From assembly GCA_040219255.1 (NCBI GenBank), contig JAVJSW010000077.1, positions 64,001 to 128,000 on the forward strand: DNA of 64,000 bases, in the 5' to 3' direction. Under the pieces are notes generated by a model that saw only the letters and a list, made by a program, of their open reading frames with translations, had not been told where the DNA came from and made no database searches. The stretch comes from Sumerlaeia bacterium. GTDB taxonomy: Bacteria > Sumerlaeota > Sumerlaeia > SLMS01 > JAHLLQ01. The translations under genes were made by a program, and so were the position numbers. Below, piece after piece: positions 9,366-19,978 of this stretch (position 1 is its first letter; each line of letters starts with the position of its first letter).

Positions 9366-9815
9366 TTAGATCATGCGGCGGCGGACCTCGCCGACGTGGC
9401 GGAAGACCAGGAACTCGAAGTCTTCGAAGCGCTCGAGGAAGTAATCGACGACAAGGCAGCGGCGGCCTTGCCGGTCGTAGAACTCAAGGGCCTGGAACCC
9501 CGGGCGGTCGGTGACGTAAGCGATCTGCTCCCAGCGCAGGAAGTCCTCCTCCTCACCGTCCGGGTCGAGAACATGGATACCGTCGTCGTCCACTTCGATG
9601 AACTCCTCGGCGGAAGCGGCCACCGGGATGGCGCGCCACGCCACGGCCAGAAGGAAGGCTCCACCAAGGAGCCAGCCTGCTGTCCGGGCCGGGTTCATAG
9701 GGGGCTCGAAGGCGAAGATGACGCATGACGTGCCAGCGACGAGGACGAGGAAGACGAAGAGCCCGAAAATTCCGCTGAAGTATTTTCCGTGGTGAAAGCA
9801 ACGCATGGGATTCAA
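9366..9815 (-). CDS. Hypothetical membrane protein (2 TM plus PH-like C-terminus)
   Basis: Two hydrophobic helices, then IEVDDDGI...LRWEQI, resembling bacterial PH domains. Confidence 0.6.
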   Translation of the reverse strand: MNPMRCFHHGKYFSGIFGLFVFLVLVAGTSCVIFAFEPPMNPARTAGWLLGGAFLLAVAWRAIPVAASAEEFIEVDDDGIHVLDPDGEEEDFLRWEQIAYVTDRPGFQALEFYDRQGRRCLVVDYFLERFEDFEFLVFRHVGEVRRRMI

Positions 9816-10034
9816 TCCTCGCTCCTGGGGGGGTTTTGCCGCTCCGGCAGCTATGGGGGCTGGTTGGGCGATCCTGACACAGAAGAGGATGGGACAATCT
9901 TTTTGACTTAACTACATGTTTGAAGATTTTTTTCGCCGCCGCCGCTCCCACATTCCCGCCCGGCGCCAGCCCCGGCGGGCACGATCTTTGTCCCTGCTTG
10001 CGGCCAGCCTCACCGCCCTCATTGGATTTCGTGC

Positions 10035-11117
10035 ATGTCCCTCTCTTTCCTCCCCTGCTCCGGCCTTGCCACCGCCGTGCCCCCAAACCGGCTGACGGCC
10101 GGGCAGACCGCCGATCACCTGGCCGCTCTCTGCGCCCGCGATGTCCGCGAAGCGGCCCGCGTCCATGCCGCGGTGCGCCTCAGCGAAGTGGACGAACGCT
10201 GCTCCGTCCTCGCCGGAGACCATGGCGAAATGGATTTCTACAGCCGCGACGCGACGCCCTCGACCGCCGCACGCATGCGGCGCTACGAGGCGGAGGCGGG
10301 GCCGCTGGCGGCGCGGGCGTGCCGGCTGGCGCTGGAGCGAGCCGCCCTGCCGGCCGAGGCCGTCACCCATCTTGTCACGGCCTCCTGCACGGGCTTCTCG
10401 GCTCCAGGATTCGATCTGGAGTTGCTGCGCAAACTCGGTCTCTCCCCCGCCGTGGCACGGACGCATTTGGGGTTCATGGGTTGTCATGGCGCGTTCAACG
10501 CGCTGAAGGTCGCACGAGCCTTCGTGCAGGCCGATTCCTCGGCGCGCGTTCTGGTCGTCTGCGCCGAACTGTGCTCCCTGCATTTGCAGCGCAGCCTCCA
10601 CCGTGACGCCCTCGTGCCGAACACGCTCTTCGCCGACGGCGCGGCCGCCCTGATCGTCGGCGGCGAGCCATCGGGGCCAGACCTCTTTCTCGGACCCCTC
10701 GCCTCCCACGTCTTTCCCGACTCGGCCGGCGCCATGACCTGGACCATCACCGACACGGGATTCGCCATGACGCTGGCGCCCGAAGTGCCCGCCCTCATCG
10801 GAGCCGGCCTCCGGCCGTGGCTCGAGGGCGTCCTAGCCAGCGCCGGCATCGGGCTGCGCGACGTGGCGGGCTGGGCCATTCACCCCGGAGGCCCGAAAAT
10901 TCTCGATGCGGCCGGTAAATGCCTCGGCCTCGCCACGGACGATCTCGCCGCCAGCCGTGAGATTCTCCGCACCCACGGCAACATGTCGTCGGCTACGATT
11001 CTCTTTGTGGTGGAAGAGTGGAAGCGCCGCCACCCGGGCGCGCAAGGGGTCCTGGTGGCGCTGGCTTTCGGGCCGGGGCTGACGGCCGAGATGGCGCTCA
11101 TGCGCCTGGGGAGTTGA
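10035..11117 (+). CDS. Type III polyketide synthase (chalcone/alkylresorcinol synthase-like)
   Basis: Catalytic Cys-His-Asn motifs GFMGCHG, WAIHPGG and HGNMSSAT; LFADGAAA; AFGPGL. Confidence 0.92.
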   Translation: MSLSFLPCSGLATAVPPNRLTAGQTADHLAALCARDVREAARVHAAVRLSEVDERCSVLAGDHGEMDFYSRDATPSTAARMRRYEAEAGPLAARACRLALERAALPAEAVTHLVTASCTGFSAPGFDLELLRKLGLSPAVARTHLGFMGCHGAFNALKVARAFVQADSSARVLVVCAELCSLHLQRSLHRDALVPNTLFADGAAALIVGGEPSGPDLFLGPLASHVFPDSAGAMTWTITDTGFAMTLAPEVPALIGAGLRPWLEGVLASAGIGLRDVAGWAIHPGGPKILDAAGKCLGLATDDLAASREILRTHGNMSSATILFVVEEWKRRHPGAQGVLVALAFGPGLTAEMALMRLGS

Positions 11118-11125
11118 GGGCGCAC

Positions 11126-12169
11126 TCAGCCCGTGGACCCAAGCAGCTCCCGCCCCGCCTTCACCACCGCCCGGACGGAAACGCCGGTCATGCAGCGATG
11201 GTCGATGGGGCAGTCCCTCAGGATACACGGCGCGCATTCCGTGGGGACTCGGACGATACGAGCCTTGGGAGAAAGAGGGGCTGTCGTGACCCAATCGGTG
11301 CTGCCGAAAACCGCCACCAGCGGCGCGCCCAGCGCGGCGGCGATGTGCATGGCGCCGCTGTCGTTCGTCAGGTACAGGCGGCAGCGATCCAGAAACGTCA
11401 TCAAATCCCGCAGCTTCATCTCGCCCGCCGCGTTATGGAAAGCCGCGCCGCCGTGGTCGCAGACGCGCTGGGCCCACTCGCGTTCGCCAGGGAGGCCGGT
11501 CACCAGCACCCGGGCCCCCGACTCGCGCGCGAGTTGGGCGGCGCTCTCGGCGTAACGCTCGGGAAGCCAACGTTTCGCAGTGCCGAAGAAGGCCGCCGGG
11601 TTCACGCCGATGAGAGGCGTTTCCAGGCCGATCCCGCGCTCCTTCAGCCAACGGTCGAAGGCCACGCGCTCTTCCGCGGTCACTTCCAGCTTCAACGGCC
11701 CCGGGTCGCCGCCGCTGGCGCCCCAGGGCGAGAGCAGGCGCAGGTAGTACTTCACTTCATGGACGGCCAAGTCCTGCGGTCTCAGCTCAATCGCATGGGT
11801 CAGCAGCACCCCGCGCCTGTCGCGCGCGTAGCCGACGCGGACTCTCGCCCCGCCGAGCCGCAGCAGCGCGGCGCTGTTGAGCGAATTGGGCAGCGCGAAG
11901 GCCACGTCGGCTCGAAAGCGCCTCAGCCGGCCGATGGCTTCGCGATAGCCGGCGCGCGAGCGATCGTCCAGCGTCCAGACCTCGTCCACGTCCGGGTGGT
12001 GGGTGAAGAGCGAGGCCACGCTGGCCCGGCCAAGAACGGCGATCCTGGCATTGGGAAAGGTCCGCCGGGTCCGCGCCAGGAACGGCGTATTCATCACCGC
12101 GTCGCCAACCCAATTGGTCAGGCGGACAACAACTCGGCGAACGCTTTCGGGATCGGGCAAGGGCTTCAC
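11126..12169 (-). CDS. waaF: LPS heptosyltransferase II (GT9)
   Basis: NWVGDAVM, LPNSLNSA, AKRW, TNDSGAMHIAAA and CAPC...CPIDHRCM. Confidence 0.9.
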   Translation of the reverse strand: MKPLPDPESVRRVVVRLTNWVGDAVMNTPFLARTRRTFPNARIAVLGRASVASLFTHHPDVDEVWTLDDRSRAGYREAIGRLRRFRADVAFALPNSLNSAALLRLGGARVRVGYARDRRGVLLTHAIELRPQDLAVHEVKYYLRLLSPWGASGGDPGPLKLEVTAEERVAFDRWLKERGIGLETPLIGVNPAAFFGTAKRWLPERYAESAAQLARESGARVLVTGLPGEREWAQRVCDHGGAAFHNAAGEMKLRDLMTFLDRCRLYLTNDSGAMHIAAALGAPLVAVFGSTDWVTTAPLSPKARIVRVPTECAPCILRDCPIDHRCMTGVSVRAVVKAGRELLGSTG

Positions 12170-12921
12170 GCCAGCAGAAACTCCACACAGGAAACGAGGT
12201 CGCTCCGCATCGGGCGCTCGGTGTCGTTATGCGACGAATCGTCGGCGTCGTGGCGCAGAAGCGATTCTTTGCGATCCACCAGACAGGCACGCCATCCGGC
12301 GGCGCGGGCGCCCCGCAGATCGTCGCCGGGGGAATCGCCGATCAGGGCGAGGCGTTCCGGCGCGGGATCGCCGGCCAGGCGCCGCGCGTGGGCGAAGACG
12401 CGCGGATCCGGCTTTTCCGCGCCCGCTTCCTGAGAGATGCAGACCACATCGAAAAGCCCGCGGATCTCCAGACTCTGAAGCAGGCCGTGGAGCCGTGCGT
12501 CGAAGTTGCTCATAATGCCGGTGCGGATTCCGGCGGCGCGGGCGCGCTCGACAGCCGGAGCCACGTCCTCGTAAACGCGCCAGGCATCCCTCGTGGCGAA
12601 GACATCGAAGGCCTCGCGCAGGAGCGGCTCCTGCGGCACGGGCAAGCCCGCGCGGGGAAAGAGATCGCGCATGATGCGGCGCCAGAACGCGCGCGCATCT
12701 TCCTCCGTCGTGCCATAGGGCAAGCCCGCCTCGGCGGGCCGGGCGGCGCGAAAGGCGGCCCCGAAGTTCGCGTTCAACGCCGCCGGATCGGCCTCCAGCC
12801 CATGGTTCGCCGCGACGCGGGCATAGACCTCGCCGACGCTCGGATCCGGCGCGATCACGGTGAACGCGGCGTCGAAAAAGATCGTGTGGGGAGGCACGGA
12901 GTGAGAGGGCGGTGAAGACAT
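12166..12921 (-). CDS. HAD-IA family hydrolase (REG-2-like)
   Basis: IFFDAAFT, SNFD, EKPDPRVF and IGDS..DD..GARAAG. Start chosen at MSSPP. Confidence 0.85.
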   Translation of the reverse strand: MSSPPSHSVPPHTIFFDAAFTVIAPDPSVGEVYARVAANHGLEADPAALNANFGAAFRAARPAEAGLPYGTTEEDARAFWRRIMRDLFPRAGLPVPQEPLLREAFDVFATRDAWRVYEDVAPAVERARAAGIRTGIMSNFDARLHGLLQSLEIRGLFDVVCISQEAGAEKPDPRVFAHARRLAGDPAPERLALIGDSPGDDLRGARAAGWRACLVDRKESLLRHDADDSSHNDTERPMRSDLVSCVEFLLA

Positions 12922-13019
12922 GGGCTTGCGCGTGGAATCTGGATTGGTTCTTGTTGCGAGACCGTGGCCGCCGCAACGCCGGTTGCCACCGCACCACCGG
13001 GGACGGGAAGGACGCAACG

Positions 13020-13436
13020 ATGGAAAAGCCGATCGTACGGCGCTACGAACCGAAAGAAACGGATCTGCCGTGGTTCGCGCCGATGCCTTACAACGCAAAG
13101 AACAAACCGCCCGAGCGATACCGCCAGGAAGAAATGTTCCTGATGGCGTTGCGGTTGCTTCTCCTGCTGCCAGCGGTGCTATGCGTGGTTTACGGAGTTC
13201 TGGTGATCCTCTGGGACCACGACCGGCTCATGAAATTCGCGGTAAACACGCCGCACGACGAAATCCAGTGGGGCGCGCGCATCTTCCTGATTTTCGAGCT
13301 GCCCTACTACCTCATCCTCAGCCGCACTTTCCGCGGCTGGAGGGACTGGGGCCTTTGGATTTGGGGATTCTGCCTGGCGGCCCTGATTTTCGGCTTCGCC
13401 TTCAGTATCCAGGGCACCGTGCCAATCCCGCGCTAA
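13020..13436 (+). CDS. Hypothetical membrane protein (3 TM)
   Basis: Three hydrophobic segments; stop overlaps the convergent gene. Confidence 0.6.
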   Translation: MEKPIVRRYEPKETDLPWFAPMPYNAKNKPPERYRQEEMFLMALRLLLLLPAVLCVVYGVLVILWDHDRLMKFAVNTPHDEIQWGARIFLIFELPYYLILSRTFRGWRDWGLWIWGFCLAALIFGFAFSIQGTVPIPR

Positions 13437-13798
13437 ATCTGGAGCGCTCCCCAAAGCGTCAGCGCGACAAACACGACAATCAACGACACCGCCAGCAGGG
13501 CGACCGTTTTCCAACTAGGCCGGGCTTGTCGCGGCAACGTCGTCTCCAGGCCCAGAATATCCCGCGCGCGGACGAGATCCCGGGTGCGCACCAGAAGCCG
13601 CACACTGCCCCCGACGTTCCAGGCTCCGGGATAGAGGTTGCTTAAGGCGCTTTCCTCGACGCGGCTCGGGATACCGCGCTGATTCAGAAGAACGGCTAGA
13701 ATCTCGGCCTGGTGGGGGCTCGCGTAGGAATCCACCACCGCCCAGCTTTCCTCGCGAGGCGGGGCTGGCTGGTCGCTTACGGAGGAGGTGGGCGTCAT
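13433..13798 (-). CDS. DUF2007 (putative signal-transducing) domain protein with C-terminal TM
   Basis: AEILAVLLNQRGIPSRV...VRLLV...D...ARDIL pattern. Confidence 0.75.
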   Translation of the reverse strand: MTPTSSVSDQPAPPREESWAVVDSYASPHQAEILAVLLNQRGIPSRVEESALSNLYPGAWNVGGSVRLLVRTRDLVRARDILGLETTLPRQARPSWKTVALLAVSLIVVFVALTLWGALQI

Positions 13799-13879
13799 AA
13801 AGAAAGACCGGAGCGGCGGATCGCGAAACTCGATTCAGCGTGTTGCAAGAGCAAGGCCTCTGGCGAGGAAAATCGCCGC

Positions 13880-14824
13880 CTAATGGGAAGCCCGCCGGCG
13901 CGCCTGGTACAGCTCGGTCAGCCGATCGACCACGTCCTTGGACTTGGGATGATCGGGACCGTGCGCGCGCTCGTAGATTTCATAGGCCTTCTCCAGACAC
14001 TGCTGGGCTTCGTCGTGCCGGCCTTGCCGGATGCGCAGCACCCCGAGAGCGCGCAGACAACGCGCCACCGCCGGGTGCTGATCGCCGACCGATTCGATGC
14101 CGATTTTGACGGCCCGCTCGCACAGCTTTTCCGCTTTGTCCAAATCACCGCGGGCGAAATAAAGCTGACCTAGATCGCTGAGCGCTTTGCAGATATCGGG
14201 CTGCTTGCTGTTCGTCGCGTTTTTCCAGATATCGAACTCCTTGCGGAACACTTGCTCCGCCTCGTCCAGACGGTCTTGCCTCAGCAGCAACATCGCCAGA
14301 CTGTTGTACATCCGGGCCAGGTCCGGGTGTGAATCGCCCAAAACGCGCCGACCGCTCTGGATGGCGGCACGCAGATACTTCTCGCCGTCCACCAGGTTGT
14401 CCTGCGACCGGCAAACGCGAGAGAGAAAGCGCAGGCACCGCACCGTTTCCAGGTGGTGCTCACCCACCGTGGTTTTCCAGATGGACAGGGCGCGGCGCAG
14501 ATAGCCCTCCGCCATGTCGTCCTGGCCTTCGGCTGTGGAGAGCGCCGCCAACTCCGCCAGCGTTTTGGCGACCGCCGGGCTGATTGGCCCAAGGGTCGCT
14601 TCGGCTCCGGCGAGGGATTCCTGATAGTAACGATCCGCCTCGCGATAACGCCCGGACTTGGCGTATAGCTTCGCTAAGTTATCCAGAATCAGAACTCGGT
14701 GCTGCGGTTCGTCATGCGAATGATCGAACGCGGCGAGCGCATCGCGCCACAGCTTCTCGGCCCGGGGCAGGTCGCCCTGCTTGGAGCACATCAGCGCTTC
14801 GTTGTTCAGCTCGCGCCAGCCCAT
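13880..14824 (-). CDS. Tetratricopeptide repeat protein (kinesin light chain-like TPR)
   Basis: Repeated ~42-aa units such as HPDLARMYNSLA and HPAVARCLRALG. Confidence 0.9.
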   Translation of the reverse strand: MGWRELNNEALMCSKQGDLPRAEKLWRDALAAFDHSHDEPQHRVLILDNLAKLYAKSGRYREADRYYQESLAGAEATLGPISPAVAKTLAELAALSTAEGQDDMAEGYLRRALSIWKTTVGEHHLETVRCLRFLSRVCRSQDNLVDGEKYLRAAIQSGRRVLGDSHPDLARMYNSLAMLLLRQDRLDEAEQVFRKEFDIWKNATNSKQPDICKALSDLGQLYFARGDLDKAEKLCERAVKIGIESVGDQHPAVARCLRALGVLRIRQGRHDEAQQCLEKAYEIYERAHGPDHPKSKDVVDRLTELYQARRRASH

Positions 14825-14846
14825 GGCGATCTCCCGGGCGGGTGGG

Positions 14847-16211
14847 TTACTTGATCCAGACCGTCTTCTGATTGCAGAATTCGAGGATACCCTCTCGGCC
14901 AAGTTCCCGTCCATAGCCGGAATCTTTCACGCCGCCAAAGGGAATTCGCGGGTCGCTCTTCACCAGACCGTTCACGAACACGGCCCCCGTGTCGATCTTG
15001 GCGATCAATTCTTTCGCCCGCCCGATGTCCTTTGTCCACAGCGAACAGCCCAGTCCATAGGGCGTACCATTCGCCAGCGAGATGACTTCCTCCTCGTCCT
15101 CGACCCGGAAGACGCTGGCCACGGGTCCGAAGAGTTCTTCGGAATTGGCCGGCGCGTTGATCGGAATGTCGGTCAGCACCGTTCCCGGATAATAGAATCC
15201 TGGCCCGTCGGGCCTCTGACCGCCGACGGTGGCGCGGGCGCCGACGCCGAGCGAATCGGCGACCTGTTGAGCCAAGCCATCGCGCAGGTCGTCGCGGGCC
15301 ATGGGGCCTAGTTTGGTCTCCTCGTCCATCGGATCGCCCATTTTGCGGGCGCTCATCTCGGCGTTGAAGGCTTCCAGGAAATCGTCGTACACGTCGCGGT
15401 GGATCAGGAAGCGCTTCGCCGCGATGCAGCTCTGGCCCGAGTTCAAGCAGCGCGACGCCACGCCCGTCTTCGCCGCTTCGGCGACGTCGGCGTCATCAAG
15501 GACGATGAAGGGATCGCTGCCGCCCAGCTCCAGCACGGAGGGTTTGAGGTATTTTCCCGCCAGTGCTCCCACGGCCCGGCCCGCGCCGGTGCTGCCGGTC
15601 AGGGTCACGCCCCGGACCCGGTGGTCGGCGATAACGCGGGCGGCCTGAGTGGTGGAAATCAGGAGCGTCTGGAACACGCCCTCGGGCGCGCCCGCTTCCC
15701 GCAGGATCTCGGCGATGATCAGCCCGCACTGGGGCGTGTTCGGTGAGTGCTTGAGCAACCCCGTGTTGCCCGCCATCAGGTTCGGCGCGGCAAAGCGGAA
15801 GACCTGCCAGAACGGATAATTCCAGGGCATGATGGCCAGAATCGGCCCCAGCGGATCGTAGCGGACGAAGGCTTCGGAGCCATCCGTTTCGGCGATGGAC
15901 GGGGCCAGGTATTGCTCCGCCTTGTCGGCGTAGTGCCGGCAAACCCAGGCGCACTTCTTGGCTTCCGCGCGGCCTTCGTACAGCGGTTTGCCCATTTCCA
16001 GAGCCATTAACCGGGCAAGGTCCTCGGCTCGATCTTCCAGGATTGTGGCGGCATTCTGCAAGACGGCGGCGCGCTGATCGAAATTGGCCTCGCGCCACCC
16101 GTGATGCGCCGTCGTCGCCTTTTCCAGCGCGTTCTCCACGTCCGCGTCGGAGGCGCTTGGGAAGGACTTGAGCAGTTCGCCGGTGGCTGGGTTCAGGGTG
16201 CGGTATTCCAT
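14847..16211 (-). CDS. gabD: NAD(P)-dependent succinate-semialdehyde dehydrogenase
   Basis: IMPWNYPFWQ, LTGS, LELGGSDP, GQSCIA, EELFGPV and PFGGVKDSG; directly downstream of gabT. Confidence 0.88.
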   Translation of the reverse strand: MEYRTLNPATGELLKSFPSASDADVENALEKATTAHHGWREANFDQRAAVLQNAATILEDRAEDLARLMALEMGKPLYEGRAEAKKCAWVCRHYADKAEQYLAPSIAETDGSEAFVRYDPLGPILAIMPWNYPFWQVFRFAAPNLMAGNTGLLKHSPNTPQCGLIIAEILREAGAPEGVFQTLLISTTQAARVIADHRVRGVTLTGSTGAGRAVGALAGKYLKPSVLELGGSDPFIVLDDADVAEAAKTGVASRCLNSGQSCIAAKRFLIHRDVYDDFLEAFNAEMSARKMGDPMDEETKLGPMARDDLRDGLAQQVADSLGVGARATVGGQRPDGPGFYYPGTVLTDIPINAPANSEELFGPVASVFRVEDEEEVISLANGTPYGLGCSLWTKDIGRAKELIAKIDTGAVFVNGLVKSDPRIPFGGVKDSGYGRELGREGILEFCNQKTVWIK

Positions 16212-16278
16212 GGATTCGCTTTCGTCAGAGTCGTACGCTTGTGAAGTTAGGACAAAGCGCGATGGCGGGCAAAGTCTT

Positions 16279-17601
16279 TTACGCCACCGCCGCCACGCTT
16301 TCCTTCAAGATACCGAGCGCCGCGTCCAAATCTTCAAAAGGAATCGTCAGCGGCATCAGCGTGCGGATCACGTTGCCGCTGGCGGTCATCAGGAGAAGGC
16401 CGCGGTCGCGGGCGGCGGCACAGACCTGGCCGGCTTTGGCCGCGTCCGGCTTGCCTGTGGCGGGGTCCACCAGGTCCATCGCGCACATCGCGCCAAGACC
16501 CCGCACGTCGCCCACGACATCGTACGTTCCGGCCAGATCGCGGAACGCCGCCATCACCTTCTCGCCGATTTGAAGGGCCCGCTGTGGCAGTTTCTCGTCC
16601 TCCATCACATCCAGCACCGCCAGCGCCGCCGCGCAGGCCAGCGGATTGCCGCCAAAGGTGCCGCCGATACCGCCGACCTGCGGAGCCTCCATGATTTCCG
16701 CCCGCGCCGTAACGCCCGAAATCGGCATGCCGCCGCCCAAGCTCTTCGCCATCGCCACCATGTCCGGTTCGATCCGATAACGCTCGATGGCGAACATGGA
16801 CCCGCAGCGTCCGAAGCCGCTCTGGACTTCGTCCGCGACGAAGACGATCCCGTGCTGGGCGCAGGTCTCGCGCAGGATCTTCATCGCCACGCAGTGCGTC
16901 GGAAAGAACCCGCCCTCGCCCAGCACCGGCTCGATCATCAGACAGGCGATGTTTTCAGGCTCGATATGATAGTTAAACAGATTGTCGAGCGCCGTTCGGC
17001 ACTCGCGCTCGACTTGCGCATCGCTCATTTTGCTTGGGTTGGCGAAGAATGGCTTGTAGGGCAGGCGATAGACCTCGGGCGCGAAGGGCCCCATGCCGGC
17101 GCTGTAGGGCTTCACCTTGCCCGTCAAGGTCATGCCCAGCAGCGTGCGGCCGTGAAAGCCGCGCTCGAACCCCACGACGCCCGTGCGGCCGGTGTAGCGC
17201 CGGCTGATCTTCACCGCGTTCTCGCCCGCTTCGGCTCCGCTGTTGAAAAACGCCGTCTTCACCGGCCCCTGGATCGGCACCAGAGCGTTGAGACGCTCGG
17301 CCAGTGCGACATAGGGTTCGTACATCGCGACGTGGAAGCAGGTGTGGATGAAATTCGCGCTTTGCTGGCGGATCGCCTCCACCACCTTCGGATGGTTGTG
17401 GCCCACATTGACCACGCCGATGCCGCCGCAGAAGTCGATGTAGCGCTTGCCCTCCACATCCCAAAGCAGATGGCCCTCGGCGCGGGCCGCGAAGAGCGGC
17501 GCCACGTTGAATGGACCTCTCGGAATGGCCGCGTTGCGGCGCTCGACAAGCGCGGCGTTGGTCTTCTGGGCGGTGGCGGTGGAGGGTTCGAGAGCGGTCA
17601 T
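16279..17601 (-). CDS. gabT: 4-aminobutyrate aminotransferase (class III PLP)
   Basis: NSGAEAGENAVK, FHGRT, EPVLGEGGF, DEVQSGFGR, AKSLGGG and GGTFGGNP. Confidence 0.92.
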   Translation of the reverse strand: MTALEPSTATAQKTNAALVERRNAAIPRGPFNVAPLFAARAEGHLLWDVEGKRYIDFCGGIGVVNVGHNHPKVVEAIRQQSANFIHTCFHVAMYEPYVALAERLNALVPIQGPVKTAFFNSGAEAGENAVKISRRYTGRTGVVGFERGFHGRTLLGMTLTGKVKPYSAGMGPFAPEVYRLPYKPFFANPSKMSDAQVERECRTALDNLFNYHIEPENIACLMIEPVLGEGGFFPTHCVAMKILRETCAQHGIVFVADEVQSGFGRCGSMFAIERYRIEPDMVAMAKSLGGGMPISGVTARAEIMEAPQVGGIGGTFGGNPLACAAALAVLDVMEDEKLPQRALQIGEKVMAAFRDLAGTYDVVGDVRGLGAMCAMDLVDPATGKPDAAKAGQVCAAARDRGLLLMTASGNVIRTLMPLTIPFEDLDAALGILKESVAAVA

Positions 17602-17701
17602 GGCGGACTCCTTCGGAGGCTTCGTTGCGATTTATGACAACTAGGCGAAGGGCCCGTCCCCGATGCAATGAAGATATTTGCATGCGGTACACGCTCTGAA
17701 G

Positions 17702-19978
17702 CTAAAACAACTCATCCCCCTCCGGCGGCCTGACCAGCCAGTGCCTCAGCGCCGAGCGCCGGTCCGCTTCCTCCTCCGTGCCGGAGCTTTGCCGCAGCGC
17801 CAACCGGATCGCCTTCTTGCTGCCGATCAAAACCACCAGTTTCTTGCCGCGCGTCACCGCCGTGTAGAGCAGGTTGCGCTGTAGCATGATGAAGTGCTGC
17901 GTATGCAGGAGCACCACAACGGCTGGGTATTCGCTCCCCTGGCTCTTGTGGATGGTAACGGCGTAGGCCAGCTGCAACTGATCCGCCTCATCCCAGCGGT
18001 ACTCGACGGAGCGCTTTCCGAACTGCACCCGCAAGGTCTTGGAGCCGGTCTCGATCGCTGTGATCCGCCCCACATCGCCGTTGAAGACGTCCAAGTCGTA
18101 GTTGTTGGAAGTCTGCATGATTTTGTCGCCAACCCGGAGGATCTGACCGCCGGATTGAAAGTGGACGCCTTTGGGGTTCAGGGCCCCCTGCATCAGGTCG
18201 TTGAGTTCCTTGATGCCGAGATCGCTGCGCCGCATCGGGCTCAGAACCTGAATGTCGTCCACCGGATGGAAGCCGAATTTCTGGGGGATGCGCGTCGTCA
18301 CCATTTCCATCAGCGCTTCGCGGATTCCTTCCGGATCGTCGCGGTCGATGACGTAGAAATCGGGCTCCGGTTTGCCTTTCTCGCGCCGGCCGGGCATGGG
18401 CATTTCGCCGTGGTTGATGCGGTGGCTGTTGACGATGATCAGGGACTCTCTCGCCTGGCGGAAAATCACGTTCAGCCGCGTCACCCGGGCGCGGGCGCTC
18501 TCGATCACGTCGTGCAGGAAATTGCCCGCGCCGACGCTCGGAAGCTGATCCACGTCGCCCACAAAAACGAGCGCCGTGTCCGGCGTCAGGGCCTTGAGCA
18601 GGTGATACGCGAGCGCCACATCGAGCATCGAGGACTCGTCCACGATGACCAGATCGGCCTTCAGCGGCGCGTCGGCGTTGTGCTGAAACCCGCCCTGATG
18701 CGCGTCGAAACCCAGCAGCCGGTGGACCGTCGAGGCGGGCTGGCGGGTCGTTTCCGAGAGGCGCTGCGCCGCCCGGCCCGTCGGCGAGCACATCGCGATC
18801 TTCAAGTCCTCCGTCGCCAAGACGTGCAAGAGCGCCCGCACCAGCGTCGTCTTGCCCGTGCCGGGCCCGCCGGTGACGACCGAGACGCCGCCCTGCAGGA
18901 CGCTGTGGATGGCCTGGCGCTGCTGGGGAGCGAGCTGGAAGCTGAACTTCGCCTCGAAGGCGTCGAGGCGCGGTTCGATGGACTTGGGCTCGACCAATGG
19001 CCGGCCGCCGTTCATCAGCCCGATCAGTAAGCGCGCGCAGCCCGACTCGCAGCGATAGAGGCTGGTCATGAAAACCGCCTCGACACCGTCCGGCAGGCGC
19101 TCGACGCGCAGGTGCCGCGCCTGGGCCGCTTCGCTTTCGAAAACGTTTTCCGCCAGTTCGGCGCTGACGACACTGCCGAGCATGGTGACGGCGGAGCTGA
19201 GCAGTTCCTCGCGCGGGACATAGGTGTGGCCGCGGTCGCTGGCCTGGCTGAGCAAATGGAAGAAGGCCGCGGCGATGCGCTGGGGCGCGTCGCCCGCGAT
19301 GCCCAGCCCCCGCGCCATACGATCCGCGATAGCGAAGCCAATCCCGGACACGTCGATCCCGGCGCGGTAGGGATTGCTCTTCAGGATCGCGGCGGCGTCG
19401 TTGCCGTAATGGCGGTAGAGGCGCTTGGCCAGCGCCGGCGACAGGCCAAAGCGCTGCAAGACCATCATCGTTTCGTGGCTGGCCTTGTGATCGGCCCAGC
19501 ACTCGCTGATGGTGGCGGCGGTTTTCTTGCCGATTTTGGGGACTTCCTTCAGCCGATCCGGTTCTTCCTCGATGATGCGCAGCGTGTCCTCGCCGAAGTG
19601 ATCCACGATGCGGGCGGCATGGGTTTCGCCGATGCCTTTTAGCAAGCCGCTGCCCAAGTAGGCCTTCAACATTTCCGCGTCGTCCGGCAGGATCGGCAGA
19701 TAACCCTCCACCTCGAACGTGGGGCCGTGCTGCTTGTGCATGCGCCAGGAGCCGCGGGCGTGGATCGGTTCGCCCGCCGCGACGCCCAGAAGAGTCCCGG
19801 CCAGGGTCACCTGGGACTTCTCGCCCTGGGGCACAAAACGCGCCACGGTGAAGGTGCCGTCGTCGCTGGTATAGACGATGCGCTCGATGATGCCGCGCAG
19901 CTCGGTTTCCGTGCGCAGGGGCTGGCGCAGGAGGGCGGCGGGATCGGGGCGGCGGTTCCAGGGTTGGTTGCGTTTCAT
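17702..19978 (-). CDS. recD2: ATP-dependent RecD-like helicase
   Basis: GIIERIVY N-terminus, HhH motifs, TGGPGTGKTT, VDESSM, GDVDQLPSVG and YAVTIHKSQGSEY. Confidence 0.93.
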   Translation of the reverse strand: MKRNQPWNRRPDPAALLRQPLRTETELRGIIERIVYTSDDGTFTVARFVPQGEKSQVTLAGTLLGVAAGEPIHARGSWRMHKQHGPTFEVEGYLPILPDDAEMLKAYLGSGLLKGIGETHAARIVDHFGEDTLRIIEEEPDRLKEVPKIGKKTAATISECWADHKASHETMMVLQRFGLSPALAKRLYRHYGNDAAAILKSNPYRAGIDVSGIGFAIADRMARGLGIAGDAPQRIAAAFFHLLSQASDRGHTYVPREELLSSAVTMLGSVVSAELAENVFESEAAQARHLRVERLPDGVEAVFMTSLYRCESGCARLLIGLMNGGRPLVEPKSIEPRLDAFEAKFSFQLAPQQRQAIHSVLQGGVSVVTGGPGTGKTTLVRALLHVLATEDLKIAMCSPTGRAAQRLSETTRQPASTVHRLLGFDAHQGGFQHNADAPLKADLVIVDESSMLDVALAYHLLKALTPDTALVFVGDVDQLPSVGAGNFLHDVIESARARVTRLNVIFRQARESLIIVNSHRINHGEMPMPGRREKGKPEPDFYVIDRDDPEGIREALMEMVTTRIPQKFGFHPVDDIQVLSPMRRSDLGIKELNDLMQGALNPKGVHFQSGGQILRVGDKIMQTSNNYDLDVFNGDVGRITAIETGSKTLRVQFGKRSVEYRWDEADQLQLAYAVTIHKSQGSEYPAVVVLLHTQHFIMLQRNLLYTAVTRGKKLVVLIGSKKAIRLALRQSSGTEEEADRRSALRHWLVRPPEGDELF

